A stretch of DNA of 61,040 bases, counting the filler, from Sphacelaria rigidula (taxonomy: Eukaryota): the NCBI GenBank assembly GCA_964200075.2. It is 9 parts of 9 records of this genome, joined end to end, with 100 filler letters (N's around TTAATTAATTAA, not from the genome) between each part and the next. Parts side by side here need not be neighbours in the genome. Positions count along the whole stretch, not along the records: positions 33,969 to 40,661 come from CAXNAA020018575.1; positions 40,762 to 47,454 come from CAXNAA020018576.1; positions 47,555 to 54,247 come from CAXNAA020018577.1; 6 more parts are not named here. One strand, given 5' to 3'. The notes under the pieces were generated by a model. That model was not told the DNA's origin. It saw nothing but the letters and a program-made list of their open reading frames with translations, and made no database searches. Position 1 is the first letter of the stretch. Every line of letters starts with the position of its first letter. The translations under genes and the position numbers were made by a program. Positions 38,201 to 50,450 of the stretch are shown piece after piece.

Positions 38201-38371
38201 GACCTTCTCCACTCCACGAGGGTTCAGCTCGCGAGTGAGGGACGTCACGGTGATTTGAGGTAACTTTATCGGAAACGTACCTACGTAGTGGCTGGTGAGA
38301 AGGTTTTCCATGTTCCGCTGTACTGGCGCTACTGTCCCTGACGGCTGACTTCTGACATCAGGGGAATCCAT
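35289..38371 (-). CDS. Spliced ParB/Srx-fold protein with HTH-like segment; exons 37960-38371, 36009-36151, 35289-35504 (possible exon 4 at 34723-34935)
   Basis: RELNPRGVEKVITLLKSKGWLTHNPPAIV...RVLDGNHRISAARSI...VPCRVY; GTGAGT donors and CAG acceptors; phase 1 and phase 0 joins give 257 codons without a stop. Confidence 0.75.
36390..36600 (+). repeat. Dispersed repeat inside ParB-like intron 1
   Basis: GACCGTTCTTGG...TGCGGCCAC(T/C)GGAAAACG...AAGGTGT...CTCAACGA is also found at about 44950-45160. Confidence 0.6.
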
Positions 38372-39132
38372 TCGCCTGAAACAACGGTAGCCTGCTGCTT
38401 GAGTGTAGTGGTATGCAGGCCACAGGCGGCAGTGCAGTGGATTGTGATAGGGAGGGGGTTGGTGGGGCGGGGGGTGTAGAACGAGGGACGTCCAGAACAT
38501 TCTAATATCACGGTTAGTTGCAAATCACGATCGGGACATGTTATCCACCTCACCCACCACGCCACCTGCACTGGGAACGTGGCAACGTATCTGGGTCATA
38601 TCAGTATCGCATGAGTACGAATAAGCCGTATTCTTCGGTAATATAGTACTTGGTGACTAGTACGACGGCGTGTTTCTTACGGGCTTCACTTTCGGTGGAA
38701 TGGTGACCCATTTGCAGCGCGTCAACTGCCATACCATCGAAACAATCATACAAGTCAGGCAGGTGAAACGACCTAATGGTTCCGATATTTGTCGACATGT
38801 GTCCCATTTTCTGATCGCGCTTCGGGTGCACATGGTCAGTTGCACACAGAACCACAGGATATTCACCCGAGATTCTGGCGGTCAGGGCATGTTGATTCTA
38901 AATCCCGGAGAGATTGATCTAAACGTGGAACAACGCCAACACCTTCGTTACTGTCCAAACATCACCGCCCCGCCCGTGCTGCCATCAACGTATCGGCATC
39001 GCCCACTCTCAAACACCCACTCACCAGAGGAATTAGTGTGGAGCGTGCGTTTATGCTTATTGCAGAGGCGGGTCGCCTCTTGTTCGCGACCTCGGTTGAA
39101 CCCGCAGAGCGGAACATCGAATCATCATGTGA

Positions 39133-39551
39133 GCATACCGGCGGCTTGACTCCAAAAAGACGGCAACAAGAGCAATCCCCTCTCGAGTCGATCGCTCCGG
39201 TGTTGGGTGCAGCTCTCCCCACACAGCCGATGGCGCTGCAGATATGCTTGCATCGAGTTTCGAGTGCTGCCACAGTCTACGGTGTGTAAAGCGGTTCGTT
39301 GAAGGGACGCTTGATGCTCGGAGGTTGGCGTTAGAGCAAGAGAACCTCAGTCGTGTCGTCGCGCGCAAAGCAAGACTGGCTTGGGTTCGAGGGCACGTGC
39401 CGTATCAGAAACCCGGTAACAACATGGGATCAATGCATGCTTCCGACGGCGTGGTTTGTAATCGTTTCTTCGCTCGAGCCTATGGGGTGTCGAAGAACCT
39501 CGGTGAGAACGCCAAGAAGAACCCGGGTGCTCCATCGGTGTCGAGAACCAC
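39133..39551 (+). pseudogene. Exon resembling the Cys-rich N-terminus of Sola-type DDD transposases
   Basis: ECCHSLRCVKRF...VVCNRFFARAYGVSKNL, GTGAGT donor at 39552; in-frame TGA at 39130; catalytic domain not seen on the contig. Confidence 0.5.
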
Positions 39552-39903
39552 GTGAGTATGATCGCCAAGTTTGGGTAGATGTGTACAGCAGGATCCTTGT
39601 TTCCACCGTGACCATTATCATGACCAATTCCGCATTGTTTTTTTGAATTCAGAAGCCCAAATGTTTCGAATCGGCTGCCCGTTACGGATGTTTTCAAACA
39701 AGACGAAGCCTTCACGCGTAGTACCGGAGTGCAGGCAGTAGTACACAGCAGTAACACACGCACAGTAAACGAAGTTAAGCCTTCACGTGTAGTAACGTAG
39801 TGCAGGCAGTATTCAGTAGTCATATCCTCTGTTTCTGTATCCACTGCCATGGGCGTGCATCTGCATGTGACCTCGAACCCTACAGTACAGTAAAAACGGT
39901 ATA

Positions 39904-40123
39904 CCGTAATTGTCGCGAGTCATCGCACACCCCCTCGACCGAATTTCAAAGCTCGACTACTCCACAACAAGAATAGCATCAGTTCTGAAAAGGGTGACGC
40001 TGAAAAGATCTCGTCAATAGCTGTCCGAAAACGCGTCGTTTGGTATTGGCACCCTCTTCGTCTTGGAGTAATCGAGCTTTGAAATTCGGCCCGGGGGGTG
40101 TCCGTTGACTCGCATAATTACGA
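39904..40123. mobile_element. Tc1/mariner(pogo)-like MITE
   Basis: TA|CCGTAATT...AATTACGA|TA with ~60-bp TIRs containing CCGAATTTCAAAGCTCGA. Confidence 0.8.
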
Positions 40124-40494
40124 TAGCGCTGTATTGTATCGGCAAAGCACAGCTACCTACTGTGCTCGCGAGTACAGGCCGTGCTTGTTACCTGACAGAG
40201 TACAGCCTGTACTCGGACATGGAGTAGTACAAGACAACGAGTACAGGCTACAACTGTGCCGTGTTTGCGAAGCATAGCCTGTGCTTATAATGTCGTACTG
40301 TTCGCAAAACCCACGGCCTGTAGTGTGAATACTATGTATTGTACCCGTCATCTCGAGAAAAAAATATCTCATCGACGGTGTCACCGGATGATGGAAGATC
40401 AAAGTGGGTGTTTTCCGTCATGCTCAACATTGACTCGTGCTGGCTGGACTTCGATATACTCCGTTGGTACCCTCTGCGTTTCTCTCTGTTGTAT

Positions 40495-40547
40495 GCCGGT
40501 CGCCCCGGTGGCTCAGTTGGTAACCTCGAAACCTTCTGATGGTTGAG
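40495..40547 (+). mobile_element. tRNA-derived SINE head (family S1), 3'-truncated
   Basis: GCCGGTCGCCCCGGTGGCTCAGTTGGTAACCTCGAAACCTTCTGATGGTTGAG. Confidence 0.7.
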
Positions 40548-40661
40548 CAGCTGATTAAAAAAATGAAGTCTCCCGAAAAAAAAAAAAAAAAACGCGGGAT
40601 CGGTCATGATGAAGGGTCACGGTGGAAATAAGGATCCGCCTATATAGGTGGATATACTTTT

Positions 40662-40761
40662 NNNNNNNNNNNNNNNNNNNNNNNNNNNNNNNNNNNNNNN
40701 NNNNNTTAATTAATTAANNNNNNNNNNNNNNNNNNNNNNNNNNNNNNNNNNNNNNNNNNNN
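40662..40761. other. Artificial contig linker
   Basis: Same 100-bp block. Confidence 0.97.
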
Positions 40762-41110
40762 CGTCTAGAAGCGTGAGGAGCCCCTGAACCAGACAAAATT
40801 TCGCGAAAAAAGTGCACCCCTACCGTAGCATTGCTCAGTGCTTTCCCCACTCTTTCAGCGATGGTGCCCAATGACGTTTTTGTCGGCCTAATTCCCCTCG
40901 ATCGCATAGATACTTTGTCAGCGCAATTCATCGACTCTGTGAGCTTACAGCGCTGACCGAAACCGCCATTTGCCCTGATATTACCCCCCTCAATAAAGTG
41001 ACCACGGTCTCTAAAAACGTTGTCACCAAGAAGGCGAACTCAGCACAAAGGGACACGGCACCAAAACCAGTGGGGAGCTACAACGCAGAAAAGGGGAAGG
41101 GGAGGGCTAT

Positions 41111-41336
41111 GATCTGGTATCTGACGAGATCGGATTGGGGATTCAACTCCGCCAAGGTGAGGGGGGCTGCGATCTGATATCTGACCAGATCGGATTGAGG
41201 GGTTGTGAAATCCGCCAAGGTGAGCTCATCGCTCGCCGCATCGCCGAGGGATGCGGGCGGTGTGTCGTAGCAACTCAAGTATAGGCCTACGATATAACCG
41301 GTGTTGGGGGGCCACGATCTGATATCTGACCAGATC
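41111..41336. repeat. Three copies of hairpin motif GATCTGATATCTGACCAGATC (two in a 60-bp tandem)
   Basis: Copies start at 41111, 41171 and 41316. Confidence 0.75.
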
Positions 41337-43154
41337 GGGGGGAGGGGGGGGTGCTGAAAAGCAGCCAGGGCAGCGGCATATGGAACGGGCACGTGGGCTG
41401 TGTCCGAACGCGTCTCTTCTACAAGGCAAAATGTTCGAGTATTATTCCCATAGTACAGCAATCTATTACACTTTGCACTGATAAGGGGGGACGTGGTGCG
41501 CTGCAAAACCCTGCGCGGTTACGGAACCATTTCTCTCTCCTTGACAAGGGGCGGGGACCATCTGATACTACAAGGAAAAACTCAATCGGGCCGGACTGAA
41601 GTGATGTCAAACATTGTGGGGTGGCCACGCAAAATTTGTGGGCTTCCATCCGAGGGAAAATATGTAGCTAAAACCACAGTACTCCCGACGGGAGTCATCT
41701 ATAAAAAATGCGGGAAAAGGTCAATCAGGCATGACTGAAGTGATGTGGGCAAACATCGGGGAAGGCCAACAAACTCGTAGGCTTACACCCAAACCCCATT
41801 TTTTTTTGGGAGGCCATCAAACTCGTGGGCTTACTTAGGCCAACGTTTTGGAAGTTACATCCGAAGGCAAATTTGTAGTAGTACCCTTGACGGAAATCAA
41901 AAATGCATACACCATGACAAGGGAATCAATGGGGCGGCGGTGTCCCAGAATGGCGGAAATCAACTACTGTAGGCTCGAATCAGTTGTGCCAACGTCAACA
42001 GCGCGACGTACGGTATTATATGCGTGTGCTGTCACAGGGAAGCTGTTGTTTCCACGACTGATGGTTCAGCTTCCCACACCTCAGAATCATGCTGCGCGGT
42101 GGGGTACCGCAACACACAAAAGGGCGCCCGAGGGGGAACGGGGGGGGGGGAGGGGGGGGCGCATCTACTAATATCTGGGGTGCTTGCCGAGGTACAGGGG
42201 AGGGGGGGGGGGCGTTTTAATTCGGCACAAGGCAAATCAAAGATACGCGACTACAGTATGAGCCGTCAAAACCAACTATTAATCATACTACCAATGCAAT
42301 AGTGATCGGCGGGCACCTAGTTTGCACGTGGCACAGTGGTGCGTGCGATACCCTGTTCGAAAGCAGAGTGAACACACTCTAGTGAAAGAGAGTTACGGTT
42401 GGCTACATGCACAAGGCGGAAGTTGAACGCAGTTTCGGCCGGATCGACGGGTAGTCGGGAAATTAACAAAGTGCATCACCATGTCACTTACGCAGATGTA
42501 AACAAGCGGGAACAGGACCAAAGAGCAACTACAGCAAATCGCTCAGCAGGTACAAGCAGTGTACCAACGGGGGGGCAAAAAAGTATCGTTAATACGCGAA
42601 GCAGGGGCAACGTACAGTAGTCTTTACTGCTGGTGTACAGTGCATCGAACCCAGAGTAAGCTGACGCCTATGATAATCAGAATAGCACAGGAGCGCCTCA
42701 CTAAATACGAGTAAAAACGCAGAAAAGTAAAAGGCGAGTTACTGACTACAGCTTGAGCAGAAAAACACAACGCCAAGCAACACAAAGACCTCCTAACCAA
42801 GCAGAACACGGTCCGTTTTTCGACGTCAATTGTTATAATGATGGGAGGCCCATGCACTGGCTGAGGTCTCTCAGTATGAGTACCAGGAGATACCATTGGG
42901 CCCAGCTAACCCAAGCTCTCACGTGGGCACAACGTACGCCCTATAGCTATCCATCATGAACAATCACAGAGTAGGTTCATTCATGTGTACTGCCGATCGG
43001 GAACTGACGTGTTTCATAGCGTCATGTTATATCTACAAGCAGCTCTCTTACTCAGTAAAGCCGCGGCGCAGCTATAGGAGCAGAACGTAGTGATGGCCCA
43101 GACTAGAGACCAAGGCAGATCAGTAACACACGGGGCCATTTGGCTCACCTCTCC

Positions 43155-43740
43155 GCCCCTCTAGAATGGTAGTTTTTTTTCGCCCTCTGGAGGGAGGACA
43201 ACCTCCCTGTTCCCTCTAGAGGGCATCCACGGAGTCCCTCGAGAGGGACAGCGAGCCTCCAGAATGGTGGGTTTTGCTGTCCTCTGGAGGGAGGACACCG
43301 CCCCTGTCCCCTCCAGAGGGCATCGACGGAGTCCCTCGGGGGGAAGGGCAAGCCTCCAGAATGATAGATTTTGTTGCCCTCTAGAGGGAGGACATCACCC
43401 ATGTTCCCTCCAGAGGGACTCGGTGGATGCCCTCTGGAGAGATGGCGAGCCTCCAGAATGGTAGGTTTTGCTGCCCTCTGGAGGGAGGACATCACCCCTG
43501 CTCCCTCCAGAGGGTATCCAGGGAGGAACGGCGAGCGTCCAGAATCGTAGGTTTTGCTCCTCTCTGGAGGGAGGACATTATTCCTGCTCCCTCCAGAGGG
43601 TATCCGCGGAGTCACTCTGGAGGGACGGAGCAAAAAAAGGGAACCCTCAGTCGGGTAGGTTGCGCTGTCCTCTGGAGGGAAGGGATCACCTCCAGTTCCC
43701 TTCAGAGATACAGAACAAATATCCCTCTAGAAGGGAGAGG
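43155..43740. repeat. ~97-bp tandem repeat (about 6 units) built from CCCTCTAGAGGG-type palindromes
   Basis: Units start at about 43160, 43259, 43356, 43453, 43539 and 43645, each with 2-3 palindromes. Confidence 0.85.
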
Positions 43741-46700
43741 GGTGGACAATACTCTAGAGGCAAAAGGGGAGCCAAGACTCTAGCGGGATGTCGACCCCCT
43801 ACATCCCGTAGGAGGCCGAGGGCATCAGCAAACCCTCCACAGGAGTTGAGGGCGCCCCAAAGAGGCCGATAGCATGATACTAGATTCTCTGCGCTATTTT
43901 TCGACCCCCTGACACAACAGAAGGGACACATCAATGCCATTTTGATTTTGTTATATCTAGAGTGGAGGATACGATTGATAGCGAGAAGCGGTCAATCAAC
44001 GAATGATTCGTTTCAGTTCCGAAATGTCCCTATAAGAGGCCCGATAAGCTTTCTGAAGTAGCTTGCCACTGAAGCCCTTGATACCTCTGAGTAGGATATC
44101 GACGTGTAGCTGGAAGCACACCCCAGTGCTGAAAGCACAGAAAAGCACGCACCATATGAAACATTGATGAAGCTGAAGCGAGTGATAAAACTCACTGTCG
44201 ATCAATGATCGCTCAATCTCACGAGCACATACTCACACTGTTGTCCACGGGCCAAATACGTGTGTACGAGCCCGTGAACTCGAGAGCCCGCCTCCACAAG
44301 ATGGAATGCGGCACCATTCACCCACAATTCGACGAATTGTTGTCTACGCAGAGAGACAATAAGCAGCCGAAACCTGATCAACACAAGAAAAAAAACACAA
44401 CCCGCTAACGAAGACAACACGTCAAACAAGACAACTGCTGCCGTGCAACGTTGGCGAACAAGGGATACACCCAGAAGACCAGCGTCACTAATGAAATGAC
44501 TCATTCGAACGTATGCATTGCCCCTATTCCGACAAAAATCAGACCGGAATGTGCTGACCATCGAAATGAGCTCAAGTCTCCGGACGTTCATGTCGGTGCG
44601 CGCGCATCAGAATCCGTGCGGCATTGCAAGTCCCGACACTGACCTCCGTCATACCGACAGTGAAAAAAAAAGCATGTACCAGTCTTGCCCCCCCGCCCCC
44701 CCGCTCCTCTCCTCATTGTTTTCGTTTCCATCTCCATGCAACGTTCCGCCTCAGGCTGCTCCCTGTGACGGACAAAACAAATCTGGAAGAATGCCTTCTT
44801 GGGGCTTCTACATCGGGTTACTCTCTCGAAGAGAGCTAGGCGGAGGTTGACACCTTGGAATGATTTACTCTACTTGTTGAGGCGCTTCCAGGATACCTCC
44901 CCGTTTTCGGGTGGCTGCAGTTGCTATTGTGGTCAAAAGAGAATTTTTGTCCAAGGACGGTCAAGTCCACAGAAAAGAGGAGACTTTTCCGACATGATAC
45001 TGTTTTTGACCGTTCTTGGACAGAAATTCCTAAATTCTTGTTTGACCAAAATAGAACTTGCGGCCACCGGAAAACGGGAAGGTGTCCTGGAACCTCCTCA
45101 ACGAATAGAGCAAGTCATTTCAAGGTGTCAAACTCCGCCCAGGTCTCTTTCAGGGCGTGAAACGACGTGAAAGCTCCGAAAAGGAGCTTGTTCAGATTTT
45201 CATTCTTGTCCGTTATAAGGAGCGGCCTCACAATATAAATTCCCACGTCGGAAGGGTCGTCAGAAGAAGGAGAAGAAAAAGCATTCTGCGGCGAGGCCGC
45301 TGTTTGCGTCTACCCCGCAAACTTGACTGTGCGCGTCTCTTGTCAACCGGACCCCCCTGCTGAACGCCTCTCCCGCCGGCGTACTCGTCGTTCTCTACGT
45401 TTACTTCGTCGATGATGTCCTTCGCGTTCTGCTTGTCGCCATGCCCGGTCTCTTCGCCAGTCTTGTCGCCGGCCGACCCGTCATCTGAGGGCAAGTGAAT
45501 GCATCGGAGGCACAGTGACGAGGGATATTGAAAACATGTTCAAATGGTATGATTAGAGCTCCTCCCCTAACGTGCACCATGTTGCGGCAGTATGTTCCAA
45601 CACCTGATCGTTCACCGTTTGTTTCAGAGGGCGCTACAACTTCTTGGAAGGGCACGGTTCTACTGTTTTCAAAAGCTGTATATGGCAGCTACGCTCCAAT
45701 GTGAAAACATGGATAGTATGGATCATCCACGAGCCTTTTCCGATTCTGTATGACGTGATGACGCCAAGAAATTACCCCAGGACACACAAAAACCCGCAGA
45801 CAAGGTTCGCCATCTTCATCAATGGCATCTGCGCCAAACGACGAGGATTATACTGTACGTTTATTCGTCGTGCAGTCGGGTAGGTGATATGATTTCGCAT
45901 TTTTATTACAGCCACTCTGTGCGCGCGGGAACAAAAGATGGTGGGAGATATTTGATATTTTCGCCACTACTACACCGGTGGGGGGGAAGGGTGGGAGCTG
46001 CTCGGTATTTATACAGACAAAAAACAAGACACGATCACTGAAAAGGTCATGGCCCAAGCGTTTACAGGAGCAAATATTCAAGAGGAAAAGGCGTAGGGGC
46101 AAACAATTAGACCCTGCATGCTTCTGCTGAACCCTATCAAAGATACATCAGAAACATTCGCCTGCCTCAGATAGTAGTGCCTTCAATGGCAAGGGGGATC
46201 GATAAAGGAACCTTGACGCGAGAGGGATATTCAGAGCAGCAAAGAGCACCAGGAAGAAACTCTAAGGCCGAGAAGAAATACAACTACACGAGGAAAGCTC
46301 CAAACGTTTGGCTTAATTTGGGGGTTTTAAGCTCAAATAGGCCTTTTTATCTCGAAGCCTGTAATTAGCTTGATATGTTTGCTTGAAACGCGCATAAAGT
46401 TACGATAACGTTTTAAGCACCTTCTGCAGTCAGCTGCCCGCAAGCGTTCCATGTGGCGTGACTCGTCACCAGACAGACTGACTGGCTTCAGGCTTCAATA
46501 CTCCAAACTTTCATGTTCGTGTTTCGTGTTCCTACTTTGGTACAGGTCTTTGTGATGGTAAATGAGTGTCTGAATTCAAACTGGTTTCTTGTGGATATGC
46601 AGATGGTCCCTAGAAACGACCAGCAGGTATGGAAGGATTCTAGTCGAATATGTGTTTGTATGAGGCAGGATTCGATCCTTGTATTGTTGCCACAGCGGGT

Positions 46701-47454
46701 TGAAGGCAACATGATTGTATCCGATTAGCCGCGTGTACCTGCTGCTACTACAGCTTTTGATTGGCTTGGGGTACAGTGCGCCACGTGGCGTGGTATTTAC
46801 ATGACAAGACTGTATGCGTAGCTAGGAGGTTTTGAGGGTAATCGTGTGCCGCATCGCCTACGCAGGCACTTGCGTTCCACCTGTCAAAGAAAGGCCTACC
46901 GTAGATCTAATCACAAGAAGGACCATCAGCTTTCATCTGTTCTGCGCGACGTCTCCCCTCCTGCCGGCAAGCTGTGACAAGCTGTAACACGAGTAAGTCA
47001 CAAGTAATATACCCCCTTGATATCACAGTGGTGTTTCCTTTTCAGAAAGAGCTCAGTGCTTACTTTCAACTACAGCTGTCTACTGTTGACGACTGCCTTT
47101 GTGTGAGAAAAACATACGGTTTGAGTGTAACGAGCCGAAAACAGGACCAGTGCGTCACATACACACCCATCTTGGGTTGTGGCCTGCTTTGTATGCAATA
47201 CTTCCACATCTTATCATCAAAACGTTCCATTTCACTTTCTTCATACAATACTATATTCGTGGGATTCAGAGGGTAGTTTCAGATTCAGAGTGGATGCTCT
47301 AGCGTTCCTAACAGGCAACTGCTTTCTTTTTTTTGTATGAGCACACGTCCTGTGCATGCAGCTACCGTACAGTACCCCATTCGAGGAATTCGGCGGTATG
47401 GTTGGTGAGATACCGCACAAAGCATTTTTACGCCTGGGGGGCATTTCGAAACTG

Positions 47455-47554
47455 NNNNNNNNNNNNNNNNNNNNNNNNNNNNNNNNNNNNNNNNNNNNTT
47501 AATTAATTAANNNNNNNNNNNNNNNNNNNNNNNNNNNNNNNNNNNNNNNNNNNN
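47455..47554. other. Artificial contig linker
   Basis: Same 100-bp block. Confidence 0.97.
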
Positions 47555-48948
47555 TGGTGATATCGTCATCGACACGCGTGTACACCGCATTCGTTAGGTG
47601 CACCTGACGACAGCTGCTCAACTGCTGCGGACATGTGGAGGGGAAGATGGCTTCGCTCGCTCGTAAGTGTTTCGCGTCATCCATGAAAAAAGAAATGCCA
47701 CTCTAACCTCATTTTTGATATGGACCCCATTTTCCAGTATCCACTGTTATTCGTGGGCGGCATTGTCATTGTTCCGCGGCGGTGTAGCGTGTTAACCTTT
47801 GCTGCTCACGACAATCATAACATTTTCTGTACGTGTTGCTTGGGTTGTGGTGCGTCGGTTTCACAGCTGTGAGTATTCCGAGTGGTGGTCTCGTAGGTGC
47901 AACGGCAACTATCAGAGTAGGGCGGCACCCTATTGTACAGCCTACGCCGTAGGATTGAGGCGTTTTTGCTCCAATCCGGAATCCAGTCGGTGTCCATCTC
48001 TGTGTCCGAGCCGCAAATCGCAGATCCGGCAACGGTCTGATGTTGTCGCCGCATGATCCCGTTCGGGCTGGTGTGTCGGCAAGATGTTCACCCATGTTCG
48101 TTGGATCTTTGTGAGCTCCGGCACACAAGCGACCTGTATGCATCGTTGGATTTTCCGGGTCTTCGGGCCAACCAACAGGGGGGGCACACTCTGCTGGTGT
48201 TTGGGTTTCGGCCTTTTTTGGTGCGGTGTAATTTTACCGAAAATGGCTATGGTTGTGACTGCTAGGCGTATCTTGTGCTGAGACGGCGGTACGGTCACCT
48301 CTTCACAAAAAAGGGCCACTGCTTCACAGAAAAGGGTCAACAGGAGAGCAAAAAAGGGTGAGAAATAACTTTCAAACAGGGGGCAGGGTGTACCCTCCTG
48401 TTTTTCTTACAAAAACAATATTCTCAGAGGCTCTCATTTTCGGCGCGGTAGTTCAGCCCAGGAACACTTGTGAAAGTAAAAACAAAGGTCGGGTATGCCG
48501 CCCAGGCACCTTGGGCGTGGGGCTGGGGCACTGGAACGTGTTTTCGAGGCGTTGCGCTCGAGTGCAGCGCCGCGCCTCAAAGTGAAAAATACGTTACCCT
48601 TTTTTGTATAAGAAGTACCAGGGTGTGCCCTTTTTTTGTATGTTGCCCTTATTTTTTCTTCAGCGAGTGTCCAGTTTCGTTTTGTCTTGCGTACGTCTAT
48701 CATGTGACCATGGCTGGATCCCTGGGGAGTCAGTTACGTTTTGGTTTTATCCTCACACTTTGAAGCCCTCCCTGTCCTTGTGATGTGTCCGTGGTCTCAA
48801 GGGATCAACCCATCTCCCCCCCGGCACGCGCCTTTTATTTTGGTCTCGCGGATCGGGTCAGCACTCTCGCACCGCGTCAACTCACGTCACACAAATCCAG
48901 TCGACTACGTTGTTTACTCACGTTCNNNNNNNNTTTACGAAGAAAAAA

Positions 48949-49030
48949 CCCGACGCATCGGGAATCGAACCCCCGTTCTCTCCACCCTAATGGCGACAGT
49001 CGGACAATTACACCACCGGGGCGCCGCGGC
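48949..49030 (-). mobile_element. tRNA-like SINE head (family S2)
   Basis: GCCGCGGCGCCCCGGTGGTGTAATTG...GGGGGTTCGATTCCC has A and B boxes but no canonical cloverleaf. Confidence 0.6.
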
Positions 49031-49256
49031 AGTGCGACAATCAATCAACCGATTCATCATCTGCGGATAGCTATTGGAAACTACTACACGCCATACAAAT
49101 TTGGATCCCAATGGTCGAAATTTGGGGGTTCCACGTGAAGACAAATCTTGGAACTACCAACAGATGATGGAATGGAACCATATCTCGAAGAACTTGTCTG
49201 GACGCAAACATTTTAATTTTCCGGGGTATCATCAAGGAAAATCTCCACACGTCAGA

Positions 49257-49841
49257 CGAGTCATTACTCGTCGAAACGAGTGCACTCGTGGATGTTTTTT
49301 TTAAACACAACGAGCATGACTCGTGTGCTCGAGTCATTCATGTTTTTTTCAACGAGCAATGACTCGTGTGCTCGAGTCATTCATGTTTTTTACAACGAGC
49401 AATGACTCGTTGCTCGGGTCATTCACTTTCACAACGAGCAATGAATCGTGTGCTCGAGGCATTAATGCTTTTTACAGCTTGCAATGACTCGTTGCTCGAG
49501 TATTTACTTTCACAAGGAGCAATCACTCGTGTGCTCGAGTCATGATGTTTTTTACAACGAGCAATGACTCGTTGCTCGAGTCATTCAGTTTCTTCACAAC
49601 GAGCAATGATTTTTGTGCTCGAGTCATTATTGGTTTTTACAACGAGCAATGACTCGACACGACTCGAGTCATTCACTTTCACAACGAGCAATGACTCGTG
49701 TACTCGAGTCATGATGTTTTTTACAAAGAGCGATGACTCGTGTGCTCGAGTCGTTCATTTTTCCACGACGAACAATGACTCGAGTGCTCGCCCAATAAAT
49801 GTACTACTCAAGAGATACTCTTCGCCGCTTTAATACAACTC

Positions 49842-49879
<38 letters not shown>

Positions 49880-50450
49880 GCGGGTGGGTGGGTGGTGGGG
49901 GGGGGGGGCTTGACTAAACTGAAAAGGAGCTTTGGAGCTTGACGCTTGTACTTGTGCAGATATGTATATGAACTTGAAGATTCTAGGTTCAAGATCATCC
50001 ACGATTTCATGATAATTATTTGCTCGTCGGATTTCTGCCTCCTCCACTGAAGTCGTTCATCACGAGTAATGACTCATGTGCTCGAGTCATTTAACTTTCC
50101 ACCACGAGCAATGACTCGAGTGCTCGCCCGAATGACTTTTTCCACAGCGAGCAACGACTCGAGTACTTGCCCTATGATTTTCTTCCACAACGAGCATGAC
50201 TCGAATGCTCGCTCTAATAATTTTTTCCACACTGAGCAATGACTCGAGCACTCGTCCTATGTTTTGTTTCCACAACGAACATTGACCCGAGTGCTCGCTC
50301 TATTGAAATTTTCCACAACGAGCAATGACGCGAGTGCTCGTCCTGTTAATCTTATCCACACTGAGCAATGTCTCGAGTACTTGCCCAAGAAACGTTTACG
50401 GCCAACGAACAGCCCAACGAGTGCGAGTGCCACGAGTCATACTCGAGCTC
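49257..50450. repeat. Two blocks (49257-49795; 50059-50450) of a ~40-bp hairpin minisatellite ACAACGAGCAATGACTCG...CGAGTCATT
   Basis: About 13 + 10 units, split by a (CT)n tract at 49845-49877 and unique sequence. Confidence 0.9.

Noticed and set aside
37943..38500. Bacterial or plasmid contamination, or sulfiredoxin
   Set aside because: Phase-consistent spliceosomal introns, a host repeat in intron 1, no parA/parS context, and GNHR lacks the sulfiredoxin catalytic Cys.
42831..43128. Solo LTR (TGTTA...TAACA)
   Set aside because: No target-site duplication and no second copy in the window.
43155..43740. CRISPR array or coding ORFs (43145-43633 and overlapping frames)
   Set aside because: Whole units are repeated including the spacers, and the ORFs are by-products of a GC-rich tandem repeat.
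45228..47300. Exon-like minus-strand fragments
   Set aside because: Multiple stops, no recognisable domain and no consistent splice model.
49257..50450. CRISPR-like array of palindromic ~40-bp repeats
   Set aside because: No unique spacers (linkers are 7-10 nt and repetitive), no cas genes, and eukaryotic context; it is a minisatellite.
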